64,000 nucleotides of DNA from a virus. Taxonomy: Duplodnaviria > Heunggongvirae > Uroviricota > Caudoviricetes. The stretch's first letter is position 1. Every line of letters begins with the position of its first letter. This document shows positions 54,625 through 63,898 of the stretch, in pieces. The notes beneath the pieces were generated by a model. The model was not told the origin of the DNA. It worked only from the letters and a program-made list of their open reading frames with translations, and searched no databases. Location: IMG/VR virus record IMGVR_UViG_3300032093_014924. One strand, 5' to 3'. Position numbers and translations under genes: made by a program.

Positions 54625-56736
54625 TTAATCTAATCCTGAATCTTCTTGCGAATCTTCAATCGCTGTAAATATTCTTTCAGCCCTATTTTTAGAAGTAGCA
54701 TACCTGTCTAAAAACTGGCTAGGTACTGAATACATCGTATTTCCTTTTTTTACGATATATTCACTAGGATTGTCAGCGTTTCTTAATAACATCGCCTTAT
54801 TAGAATCACCTATAAAATTTTCTGGTGATTTTTCTTTGTTTAAATCAACATCAGATGGTTCTAATTCTATCATAGAATCATCTTCTATTTCTGGTTTATC
54901 TTCTATTTCTAATTCCTCATCTTCTGTTTCCTCTTCAGTATCAGTTTCATCTTCTTCTTCATCTTCTTCTTCATCATCTAATGTTACTTCATAAACAATG
55001 TCATCTAAATCCTCTTCACGGTAAAATCTGTTCTCTTCGTCAGAATAGCTATAATTATCTTCTACATCTTCTACATCTTCTTCATCTTCTCTGTCTTCTA
55101 AATCCGCTTTTCTTTTTTCATCACCTCTTGTCATAGCATTCCACCATTCGTCATCTTCATCTTCATCTTCGTCTTGGTTCCAAGGTGCTCTAGGGTCATA
55201 CTCAGCGCCTGGAGGGTAATTACTCTCACTAACTTCAATTTCATATATGTTTTCATCAATATCACCGTCCATATCTTCGTATATACCTTCATCCATACCT
55301 TCATACATACCTTCGTACATATCTTCGTGCATATCTTCGTACATACCTTCGTACATGTTTTCATCCATATAATCAAGTTCATCAAGATTCATACGACCTT
55401 CTGTTGACATATAATCAGATTCTTTAATATGTTTTTTAGCTTCAGGTGCTTGTTTTACTTTATTCTTTGGCATCTCTGTTGTTTCTTTTTTAACAGCAGA
55501 CATTTTTGTTTTACCTGAGTTAATATGTTTTGTTGCTTCAGGTGCTTTTTTAGTAACTTCGTCAAAATTACCTTCATTATAGTCAGCTTGTGATTCTATA
55601 TTTTTACCAGAAGAACTTTTAAGTGGTTTTTTAGCTTCAGGTGCTTGTTTTTTAGCTTTATCTGGATTACCAGCTGTTGCCTTTGCTATTGGGGTGTCTT
55701 TGCTAACAGAACCATGAATGTGTTTTGTTGCTTCAGGTGCTTTTTTAGTAACTTCATCCCAATTACCTTCTGTTGCTTTAACACCTTCCATATCAGAACC
55801 TTCACTTAATAGTTTTTTTGTTTTATCTAAAATACTACCAAATACTTTATTCTCATTAATTCTTTCATTACCTTTAACAATACCTAAAGTATCTTGTGAT
55901 TTATAACCAAAAAGTTGTTTCATTCTTGTGATATCTTCATTAACTAAATTTTTATCTGAAGCTACTAATACAACTGGTTTACCATTATTTGAACCTTCCC
56001 ATCTGATTCTGTAACTTTCATTACCATCAGTCATTTCAAATACTTTATTATTAGTTTTATATGATTCTGGTATTAATTTTAAAGCATTACCTAAACCATT
56101 AAATTCTTTTTTAAACTTAAGTCTTTTCATTTTATTGTTTTCTGTTAATTTATTATTATTCTCTTTATTTTCAAACATTGAATGTTTAACAATAGTTTTA
56201 TTACCTTTATTAGATTCTGTTGTACTTTCAACATCGTCACCAAAACTATAAATACCTTTTTCAGCTTTTATTCTTTTATCAAAAGATGATTTTGATATTC
56301 TATTAAAATTTTTACCAAAATCATCTGAAGATGCACCAAATGTTTCTTGAGCATTACCTACTTCTTTACCACCTTTGTTACCCATTCTAGTAGAACCTTC
56401 GATTGCTTCTTTATTTCTTTTTTTAAATCCTTCGCTTGGTTCTCTATCATATTCTAACATCTCCATACCATTTCTTATTTCAATTTCATTATGGTATTCA
56501 ACTTCATCTTCATTTGTGTAATTAAATTTATTTACAGGTATTTTATCACCACCAGCTTCTTCTTTACCTAAACCTTTTTCATAGTTAGTTAATTCTTTAC
56601 TAGTATCAGATAACCCTTTTTTATTTATCTTATTATTTTGATTTCTTATAGAATTATTCATAGAAATGGCTGGTGTGGCATCTTCAGATATGAATAAACT
56701 ATGTAATTTTTGTTGTATTTTGTTTTTATTACCCAT
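54625..56736 (-). CDS. large repetitive acidic protein (703 aa)
   Basis: Internal repeats GN(W/F)DEVTKKAPEATKHI (x3-4) and (E/D)(G/D)MYE(D/G)M (x8). Long Asp/Glu tracts. Possible virion or decoy protein. Confidence 0.5.
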   Translation of the reverse strand: MGNKNKIQQKLHSLFISEDATPAISMNNSIRNQNNKINKKGLSDTSKELTNYEKGLGKEEAGGDKIPVNKFNYTNEDEVEYHNEIEIRNGMEMLEYDREPSEGFKKRNKEAIEGSTRMGNKGGKEVGNAQETFGASSDDFGKNFNRISKSSFDKRIKAEKGIYSFGDDVESTTESNKGNKTIVKHSMFENKENNNKLTENNKMKRLKFKKEFNGLGNALKLIPESYKTNNKVFEMTDGNESYRIRWEGSNNGKPVVLVASDKNLVNEDITRMKQLFGYKSQDTLGIVKGNERINENKVFGSILDKTKKLLSEGSDMEGVKATEGNWDEVTKKAPEATKHIHGSVSKDTPIAKATAGNPDKAKKQAPEAKKPLKSSSGKNIESQADYNEGNFDEVTKKAPEATKHINSGKTKMSAVKKETTEMPKNKVKQAPEAKKHIKESDYMSTEGRMNLDELDYMDENMYEGMYEDMHEDMYEGMYEGMDEGIYEDMDGDIDENIYEIEVSESNYPPGAEYDPRAPWNQDEDEDEDDEWWNAMTRGDEKRKADLEDREDEEDVEDVEDNYSYSDEENRFYREEDLDDIVYEVTLDDEEEDEEEDETDTEEETEDEELEIEDKPEIEDDSMIELEPSDVDLNKEKSPENFIGDSNKAMLLRNADNPSEYIVKKGNTMYSVPSQFLDRYATSKNRAERIFTAIEDSQEDSGLD

Positions 56737-56775
56737 ACTTTTTTTATTAATAAATATTGTATAATTTAAATAAAG

Positions 56776-59217
56776 TTAATTTATTTTATTTTTTTTAGCC
56801 TGTTCAGCTTCTTTATCAATCATATTTATTATGAATTCAGAAACTTTAGATATAATTTCTAAATTATTTTGAATTTTTTCTTTATTAGCTTTCCAAAGTG
56901 CCAAATAAGTTGAATGATGTTTAACTGGTAAATCATAATGTTTTAATACAACATAAGATACACTTTCAGCTTGTAATTCAACCAATTCATTTTTTTCTTT
57001 ACCTTCACCATTATCAATATAATATATTGATGATTTTTTCCAATGCATTAATTCATGTGCTATTTCATGTATCATTGTTGATAATCTAGCAACACCAGTT
57101 ACGCTAGAAGTTAAATTAATATGGTCACCTGCCGAATAACCTTTCTCACCACTTTTAGAATCTGAAGATGTTACTTTAATTCCCATATTATTAGCTATAT
57201 CTTTAACATATTCAAATAATTCATCAGCTGTTTCTGATGGTGTGTTATCTCCCCACCATTGTGGCGTTTCTGGTATTTCACCTTCTGGACTTGTGGCTTC
57301 AGTATCGGCAATATCAAATACAGGTACTGCTCTAAATCCGCTAACATCTTTTTTGAAACCCAATTCATCACCAATTTCTTCATCTGAATCTTTTGTCTTT
57401 GTTATTATTGGTGCTAAAATAAAAATACTTTTAGCACCCTTTTTAACTTGTCTATTTTTTTCTTGCCATTTTTTATATGATGCTACACGTGTTGCATTTG
57501 GATTTTGTATAAAAATTAACATTCTATTATAGAAACTATAATTATGAAATTTAGAAAAAAATGTTAAATATCTTCTTATTTCAGCAGATAAAGCTTTTTC
57601 ATCTGTAGCGTTAGCTAAATCATTAATATACATTTCAATTTTGCTTTTTAATAATGATTTTTTATCAGTAGCCGAATTATCAATCGCTTCTTCTAATTCT
57701 TCTAAACTATCTACAATATATTCAACTTTATTTACTAATGATAGTGTTTTTTTAGCAATATCCATTTTATCTTTACTTATCACCCAATTACTACCATTCC
57801 ATTGAAAACCATTTTGTTTTAAAATATTTTTATTTGTAAATGTCTCTTGACTAGCTGCTTTACCTTCTAAATCAGATATTACAATTAATTCATTTTTTTC
57901 TTTATTAATTTGTAATTTTAAAGCCTCATTTAAAGATGGTGAAATTATATTACCTTTAGTTTTCTTTATCTTAACAACATTATCAATAGCACCAGTACTA
58001 CAACCACTACCAGCTGGTTTATTATTAAGTTTAACACAATCATTGAATTCTACAAATCCGCCATCAGGATATTGTGTTTTTTTCTGTGCTTTTGTTTTTT
58101 TAACTGGTTTAAAAGTGCCATCTCTGTTAATCCCTATTAAAGCATTTGTATCATATGGACCAACACTATCAGTACCTTGTGTTGTTTCATAAACTACTGG
58201 TATTTTACCAGCTATTGTTGGTCTGGTTATCGGTTTGCTAAATAATCCAGTGTATTGTCCAGAAGAACCAGCAGTAGTTATTTCATTTATATCTTCTTCT
58301 TCTTCTTCTTCTTCTTCTTCTTCTTTTTCTCTTTTTTCTAATTCTTTTTTTCTTATATCAGCTATCTTAGCTAATAATTCTTCTCTATTAGTTTTTTTCT
58401 TATTTGAATCTATTCCCCTAGCTTTTTGTAAATCACCTTTAAATTTTTGCCATACATCACTAAACTCAGATTCTATTATAGACATTAAATGTTTATCTTT
58501 TTCATATATTTTTTTTAACTCATTTAATACATTTTCATCAATTAATTTTTCTTGGCCATCATCTTTATATTTCAATTTACAACTACCATCTTCATGTATC
58601 TCCATAATGAAGTCAGCATTCTCATATAAATTTCGTGATTTTTTGGCACTCTTTACTAGTCTATACCAAAGCTGCGGAAATTCTTTTTCGTTTGGTTCTA
58701 ATATAACTTTAAAACCGTTTTCAAGACTTTTAAGCGCATCATCTTTAGTAGAATGGATTCTATTGACAATGTATTTATTTTCGTCAACATCAAATACTAA
58801 AACATTTTGTTCAACCAAAGATTTAACAACACTACCAAAAGTTAAATTCTTTTCTGATAATATACTAGGAAACTCAATATCTGAAACATTAATATGCTGT
58901 GCTTTACCATTTTTCTGTAATTCTTTTATTTCATCAATATATAAATAATTAAGAAAATTTTCAGACAATTTTTTGTAATCAATCTTTGACTCGTTTTCCA
59001 TTATTTGTTTTCCGACTTTATCTATATTTGACACACTAGGATTTGTTCTTTTTGGTTTAATTGTGTTTGAATACGTTATAGGTTCTATCTCACCCTCACT
59101 AAAATATTTTTTAAATAATTTATCAACTCTTGTTTCACCACCTTTTACTTTAGGCGATTTATTCAAATTTTCTTTTATAAGATTATATTGTTCTTTGGTT
59201 ATTTTTATTCTTTTCAT
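56776..59217 (-). CDS. ArdC-like protein (ssDNA-binding N-domain + HExxH metalloprotease) with long N-terminal extension
   Basis: YLTFFSKFHNYSFYNRMLIFIQNPNATRVASYKKWQEKNRQVKKGAKSI matches the ArdC-N/DUF1738 pattern. Downstream MIHEIAHELMHW is a zinc metalloprotease motif. Poly-Glu tract E11 at the middle. Confidence 0.5.
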   Translation of the reverse strand: MKRIKITKEQYNLIKENLNKSPKVKGGETRVDKLFKKYFSEGEIEPITYSNTIKPKRTNPSVSNIDKVGKQIMENESKIDYKKLSENFLNYLYIDEIKELQKNGKAQHINVSDIEFPSILSEKNLTFGSVVKSLVEQNVLVFDVDENKYIVNRIHSTKDDALKSLENGFKVILEPNEKEFPQLWYRLVKSAKKSRNLYENADFIMEIHEDGSCKLKYKDDGQEKLIDENVLNELKKIYEKDKHLMSIIESEFSDVWQKFKGDLQKARGIDSNKKKTNREELLAKIADIRKKELEKREKEEEEEEEEEEDINEITTAGSSGQYTGLFSKPITRPTIAGKIPVVYETTQGTDSVGPYDTNALIGINRDGTFKPVKKTKAQKKTQYPDGGFVEFNDCVKLNNKPAGSGCSTGAIDNVVKIKKTKGNIISPSLNEALKLQINKEKNELIVISDLEGKAASQETFTNKNILKQNGFQWNGSNWVISKDKMDIAKKTLSLVNKVEYIVDSLEELEEAIDNSATDKKSLLKSKIEMYINDLANATDEKALSAEIRRYLTFFSKFHNYSFYNRMLIFIQNPNATRVASYKKWQEKNRQVKKGAKSIFILAPIITKTKDSDEEIGDELGFKKDVSGFRAVPVFDIADTEATSPEGEIPETPQWWGDNTPSETADELFEYVKDIANNMGIKVTSSDSKSGEKGYSAGDHINLTSSVTGVARLSTMIHEIAHELMHWKKSSIYYIDNGEGKEKNELVELQAESVSYVVLKHYDLPVKHHSTYLALWKANKEKIQNNLEIISKVSEFIINMIDKEAEQAKKNKIN

Positions 59218-59219
59218 CT

Positions 59220-59471
59220 TTAATTTGTTTTATTGTCTAAATTATTAATCCAAGTTGCTCTTTTTATCCATAATGTTTTATATAATTGTGTTAAAACATT
59301 TTTTGTAATGTCAACAATTTTATCCTCAAGCTCTTTATCATTTTTGTAACGGTCTTTAATTATTTTCTCTATTTTTGATTCAAATGACTTTGAGTCAATA
59401 AAGTTTTTTAGCTCTTTTGTTACATCTGATTTTTTAAGCTCTTCTTTTATTAATATTTTATTTCTATCCAT
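59220..59471 (-). CDS. hypothetical protein
   Basis: 83-aa ORF. Confidence 0.35.
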   Translation of the reverse strand: MDRNKILIKEELKKSDVTKELKNFIDSKSFESKIEKIIKDRYKNDKELEDKIVDITKNVLTQLYKTLWIKRATWINNLDNKTN

Positions 59472-59512
59472 TGTTAAAATAACTTAACAATAAATATAAT
59501 TTATAAATAAAA

Positions 59513-59540
59513 AAACCCATATAAATGGGTTTATTTTTTT
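59513..59540. terminator. hairpin AAACCCATataaATGGGTTT + T-run
   Basis: 8-bp stem followed by TATTTTTTTATTTTT. Confidence 0.5.
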
Positions 59541-60106
59541 ATTTTTATGTTATTTGTTACAGTTATTGTATCTCCTATACATTGGCTATATACAGCAGCC
59601 CTATAATGTGGTTTAAGTTTAATAAGTTTAAAGAAATACTTTTTATCCCAATCTTTATATATAAATGTTGTTAACGTATCATTAAAAGTGGTTTTATCAA
59701 AAAATATTGTATCTTTATTAATAAATCCAGAAAAACCATAACATTTTTGATTGAAATCGAAAGTTAATCTTTTTCTTAAAGTATCGACTTTAAGTGTTGT
59801 TGATTTAATCGTAGTATCTTTATAATTATAGGTTGTTTCAACAATATTTGTTACATTCTTAGTCTTAATGTTTATCTTTTCAGCAAGACTATCTAATCTA
59901 GGATATAAAGCTTTTAATTCATTTACTGTATATTCTTGTTGTCTAGATTTATCTAAAATCAAACTATTTACATTTTCTGTAAACCTTTTTCTCTCTTCTT
60001 TCTCATTAGTATATAAATTATATAAAAAATAAAGAGATGTTGACAATAACATTATCAACCCAATTAATATTATTAATATTTTATTGCCTATTGACATTGT
60101 ATTCAT
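59531..60106 (-). CDS. membrane-anchored protein
   Basis: N-terminal TM helix (ILIILIGLIMLLSTSLYFLY). 191 aa. Confidence 0.4.
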   Translation of the reverse strand: MNTMSIGNKILIILIGLIMLLSTSLYFLYNLYTNEKEERKRFTENVNSLILDKSRQQEYTVNELKALYPRLDSLAEKINIKTKNVTNIVETTYNYKDTTIKSTTLKVDTLRKRLTFDFNQKCYGFSGFINKDTIFFDKTTFNDTLTTFIYKDWDKKYFFKLIKLKPHYRAAVYSQCIGDTITVTNNIKIKK

Positions 60107-60557
60107 TTGTTAATTTTAAAGACCATTCTTTTGCCCAAACATCATAATAGCCTTTTAATTTTGTTAATATTGTATTTACTTCATTAGTTAATTCAACATT
60201 TTTCATTGTTGTTTCAATCTCACCACTAGCTAAAGACATTTTAAAGTTAATACCACTTTCACCATAGTTTTTATTTAAAAAAGACCCTTCTAATAACACA
60301 TCATTATCTTTAACATAAATTTTGAAATTAGTTATTTTAACTCTTGGGTCAATAGTGTTTTGTAGTTTGGTTAACTCTTCTTTAAATAATGGGTCACCTT
60401 CTTTTGGTGCTATAGTATCTTTTTGGTCGTCAGGTATTGGTTTCATATCTGGACCAGTTATCGGTTCTTCGACCTCATTTATTAATTTTTTATAACCACT
60501 TCTTATGACATTCATCATTTTTTTTGTCATGTCATGTTCATTTATAATTTCTTTCAT
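60081..60557 (-). CDS. hypothetical protein
   Basis: 158-aa ORF. Confidence 0.4.
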   Translation of the reverse strand: MKEIINEHDMTKKMMNVIRSGYKKLINEVEEPITGPDMKPIPDDQKDTIAPKEGDPLFKEELTKLQNTIDPRVKITNFKIYVKDNDVLLEGSFLNKNYGESGINFKMSLASGEIETTMKNVELTNEVNTILTKLKGYYDVWAKEWSLKLTNEYNVNRQ

Positions 60558-61165
60558 AGTTCTATTTTATCTTTAAATATATCAAATTTCCAATTAGGGT
60601 TTAAATCTGTAAAATGTTTTTCAATATTACTTTTATATAACACACCTTCAAAGTCATATAAGTCATCTATTTTAGTGTTATGAGCAACAACTAATTTAGG
60701 TATATTTAAGTCACTACATAATGTTCTAACTAATTTTATTGCGGATTCTAATTGTTCATCATTGTATGGTGCCCAATAAACATAATCTCTCCATTTTTTT
60801 TCCATTATACCATCAATTTTACCATAATATTTTTCATTAAACCAATTTGTGTATTCATTTTTCTTATTATCTTTTGTTAACCAACCAATATTTTCTATTA
60901 ATATAACGACAGATTTAGTGTTTTGGTCTGGATTATTAAAATATCTTGAATAATACTTTGGGTCAAAATGTTGATAAATTTTACCCTTTTTATCTATGGT
61001 AAAAGAAGCTGTTTTTTTATATTTACCATTATAACGTGTTTCCCAACCAAAAACATGTCTCATACCATCATTAAAAGTGTTACCTAAAACAATTTGTTTT
61101 TTTTCACTTTCTAATGGGACATATTTATTTACATCTAATTTATACGTTTTGTCATCTATTATCAT
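60554..61165 (-). CDS. N-acetylmuramoyl-L-alanine amidase (amidase_2/PGRP-like) candidate
   Basis: Order of motifs: GMRHVFGWET ... ASFTIDKKGKIYQHFD ... NTKSVVILIENIGW ... YNDEQLESAIKLVRTLC ... VVAHNT. This parallels T7-lysozyme-type amidases (H...YHF...NSIGIE...Q...L...HHE). Confidence 0.45.
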   Translation of the reverse strand: MIIDDKTYKLDVNKYVPLESEKKQIVLGNTFNDGMRHVFGWETRYNGKYKKTASFTIDKKGKIYQHFDPKYYSRYFNNPDQNTKSVVILIENIGWLTKDNKKNEYTNWFNEKYYGKIDGIMEKKWRDYVYWAPYNDEQLESAIKLVRTLCSDLNIPKLVVAHNTKIDDLYDFEGVLYKSNIEKHFTDLNPNWKFDIFKDKIEL

Positions 61166-62421
61166 TTATATCGTTTAAAAATAACTTTATCTTTATTACC
61201 ATCTCTAATTATTTTATTTGCGCCTATTGATTCAATCATGTTATTTCCTTTTGGCATAGGTACATTAACTGAATAACCTCTGTTTTGCTCTTTTATTTCT
61301 TTAATATCTTCTAAAGTTATTTTATTCTTTTTTGGTTGGTCTTTAACCTCTTCTTCTTTTATTTTTTCTTCATTTTTATTTTCTTCTATTTGCTCTTCTA
61401 TTTGTTCTTCTATTTGCTCTTCTATTTGTTCATTTTGTTCTACATATTCATCTTCTTCTATTTTTGTTGCATTTTCCTCTATAGTTTTTTCTACAATAGG
61501 TTCAACAATTACTTCTTTTTCATTGTTTTTTTTACTATTGATAACTTTAGTTATACTATCTAATAAATTAGCTTTATTAAATAGTTTATTAACTTTTTTT
61601 TCTTGCTTGTTTTTAGGTTCTGTATGCTCATTTCTTTCTATTTGTAATACTTTGTTAGCAATTAATATTAAAGCAACAGCCAGAGGGTCAAAAACGAAAA
61701 TAAATAGTAATATCAATATATTAACTATTTTTGACATTTCTTGATTAGTTAATTCAGATAAATATTTTAATGGACCTATTTCACCAGCTATTTCACTATT
61801 AGCATTTAGTTCCAATGCTTTAATTGTAAAAGTATTTATTGAATCAGATAAAACATTATTTTTTTTATTTAATTCATCTATCTCATTATTTAATCTCTGT
61901 ATTTCATCATTTGATGATTTAATATCATTTCTAGCGTTATTTCTACCTAAATTATTTTTAGCGTTATCTAATCTATTTTCTTGAGTTGACCTTAATGCTG
62001 ATAATTGTTCAATTCTTTTATTTTTACTTTCAATAATTTTTTGATTATCATCAACACTTTTTTCAATAATAGCTTTTTTACTATCCAAAACATTTATTTC
62101 TCCTTGATGTATTTCAAGTTTGTTAGCTGTTTTTTGATAAGCGTTTGATAAAAACCCATAAATACCTATTGAAGTTATAGCCATTAAAACTAATATACTT
62201 ATCGTTAAATAAATTTTTAATCCATTGGCTATTTTATCCCAATAATTATGTAATGCTGTTGTAGCAATAATTTTACTTATTTCTAATACACTGGCCATTA
62301 TAATAACAGCAACACTGGCACCAGCAAACAACTGACTTAATCCAAAAACAGAAAAATATGCTGCACAAGCTGCAACAACTAACGCAAAAAATAATATTAT
62401 ATAACTAAATCTAATTTTCAT
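61162..62421 (-). CDS. membrane protein with coiled-coil and EEQIEEQI repeat
   Basis: N-terminal and central TM segments, long coiled coil, (EEQI)x4 repeat. 419 aa. Confidence 0.45.
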   Translation of the reverse strand: MKIRFSYIILFFALVVAACAAYFSVFGLSQLFAGASVAVIIMASVLEISKIIATTALHNYWDKIANGLKIYLTISILVLMAITSIGIYGFLSNAYQKTANKLEIHQGEINVLDSKKAIIEKSVDDNQKIIESKNKRIEQLSALRSTQENRLDNAKNNLGRNNARNDIKSSNDEIQRLNNEIDELNKKNNVLSDSINTFTIKALELNANSEIAGEIGPLKYLSELTNQEMSKIVNILILLFIFVFDPLAVALILIANKVLQIERNEHTEPKNKQEKKVNKLFNKANLLDSITKVINSKKNNEKEVIVEPIVEKTIEENATKIEEDEYVEQNEQIEEQIEEQIEEQIEENKNEEKIKEEEVKDQPKKNKITLEDIKEIKEQNRGYSVNVPMPKGNNMIESIGANKIIRDGNKDKVIFKRYK

Positions 62422-62458
62422 AATCTTAATTATTTATAAATATATAAAACGAAAAAAA

Positions 62459-63298
62459 TTATTCATTAATTAGTGAATATAATTCACCTGAATTGTACCT
62501 TAATTTACGTAACGAACTTTCTTTTATTTGACGTATTCTTTCTTTTGTTAGGTTATATTTTTCACCAATAGCTTCTAATGTCATACTTTCAACATCTGGA
62601 TTTAAACCAAAATAAGATATGATAATGTCTTTTTCTCTTTCATCCAAAATATTAAGAATATTCACTATACCATTTTTTATATCTGAAGTTAATTCATATT
62701 TATCTTCTTCTTTTTCATCAATCCCTATCAAATCAATTAATTCATCATTGTTATCATTAACAAAATCATTTAATGATTTATTTTGATTATACACTGATAA
62801 ACCAAGATGTTCAGCCTCATTTGTTAATTCTTCATTTTCATAGTTAAAATTATCGTATTTTTTTAACTCTTTTAATATTTCTTTATTTAAATTAGATAAT
62901 CTGTTTATAACATTTGTTGGTAATCTTACCGTTCTAGCGTTTTCGTTTAGACTATTGATTATTGATTGTCTTACCCACCAAACAGCATAAGAAATGAATC
63001 TAAAACCCATTGTGTGGTCAAATTTCTTAGCTGCTTTTAATAAACCATAATTACCTTCATTTATTAAATCATTTATCGGTAAGCCTTGATTTTGATATTC
63101 TTTAGCTATTGTTACAACAAATTTTAAATTTGCTTCCACTAAACTTTTAACGGCATCTTCATCACCGTTTTTTATTCTTTCAGAAAGAATTATCTCTTCT
63201 TCTTTTGTTATTACTTTACTTTTTCTTAAATCTTTAAAATATAAATTTAAATTGTTTAAAGAATCTTTTTCATAAAAAATTTGATTATTTTTTTTCAT
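62459..63298 (-). CDS. Sigma-70 family RNA polymerase sigma factor
   Basis: Region 2 FISYAVWWVRQSIINSL, region 3, region 4 MTLEAIGEKYNLTKERIRQIKESSLRKLR. Confidence 0.75.
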   Translation of the reverse strand: MKKNNQIFYEKDSLNNLNLYFKDLRKSKVITKEEEIILSERIKNGDEDAVKSLVEANLKFVVTIAKEYQNQGLPINDLINEGNYGLLKAAKKFDHTMGFRFISYAVWWVRQSIINSLNENARTVRLPTNVINRLSNLNKEILKELKKYDNFNYENEELTNEAEHLGLSVYNQNKSLNDFVNDNNDELIDLIGIDEKEEDKYELTSDIKNGIVNILNILDEREKDIIISYFGLNPDVESMTLEAIGEKYNLTKERIRQIKESSLRKLRYNSGELYSLINE

Positions 63299-63322
63299 TA
63301 ATTACATTTATTACATATTTTG

Positions 63323-63877
63323 TTATTTTGATAATAAAGTAAGCAGTCTTTTATCTAAATCGCTTAATTTATCAACACCCTTATCTATTAATTCGTTAAA
63401 TAAAGCTTCTTTCTCATCTTTTGATAAAGATGATATAAATTCGGTTATATCTATTTTATGGTTATTAAAAATTATTTTATCATTTGTTTTATTATAACCA
63501 TTTATTTCATCACCATGTTTTATTTCATGGATTTCAGGAATGTCATTAGTATCGTTTATGTCATTAATAAAATTTTTAGACATTTCATCCAAATCAATAT
63601 CACCTAAAAAACTAAATAAACCATTTTCAACAGTTTTATCTTGTAAATTAAAAGAAGTAACATCCTCATTTAACTCAAAAATAAAATAATTATTTTTACA
63701 TGTTTTCAACAAATTTTTCATTTCTTTTGGTGTCATAATTGTTGAAAAAGTTGCAATATATAAACCAGTAGTGTATATATAATTAATTTTAACCTCACTA
63801 ATTTTATTTAGTTCTTCAAATGCAACTTCTTTATCAAACTTACCCAATAAAATCAAACAATAATTCTTAAATATCAT
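63323..63877 (-). CDS. hypothetical protein
   Basis: 184-aa ORF with the promoter motif abutting the ATG. Confidence 0.4.
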   Translation of the reverse strand: MIFKNYCLILLGKFDKEVAFEELNKISEVKINYIYTTGLYIATFSTIMTPKEMKNLLKTCKNNYFIFELNEDVTSFNLQDKTVENGLFSFLGDIDLDEMSKNFINDINDTNDIPEIHEIKHGDEINGYNKTNDKIIFNNHKIDITEFISSLSKDEKEALFNELIDKGVDKLSDLDKRLLTLLSK

Positions 63878-63898
63878 AATACAAATATACTATTTTTT
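63878..63898 (-). promoter_or_regulatory. conserved upstream motif instance
   Basis: aatacaaatatactattttt abutting the ATG of 63323-63877. Confidence 0.55.

Noticed and set aside
55131-55407. Overlapping 84-aa and 77-aa ORFs with repetitive K(I/V)CTK and HTFVH peptides
   Set aside because: They are out-of-frame and antisense readings of the (E/D)GMYEDM DNA repeats inside the 703-aa gene. They are repeat artefacts.
58235-58948. 237-aa Ser-rich plus-strand ORF
   Set aside because: It is antisense to the 813-aa ArdC-like gene. It is generated by the gaa/ttc poly-Glu tract and AT-rich codons (a run of Ser/Phe/Leu), so it is a shadow ORF.
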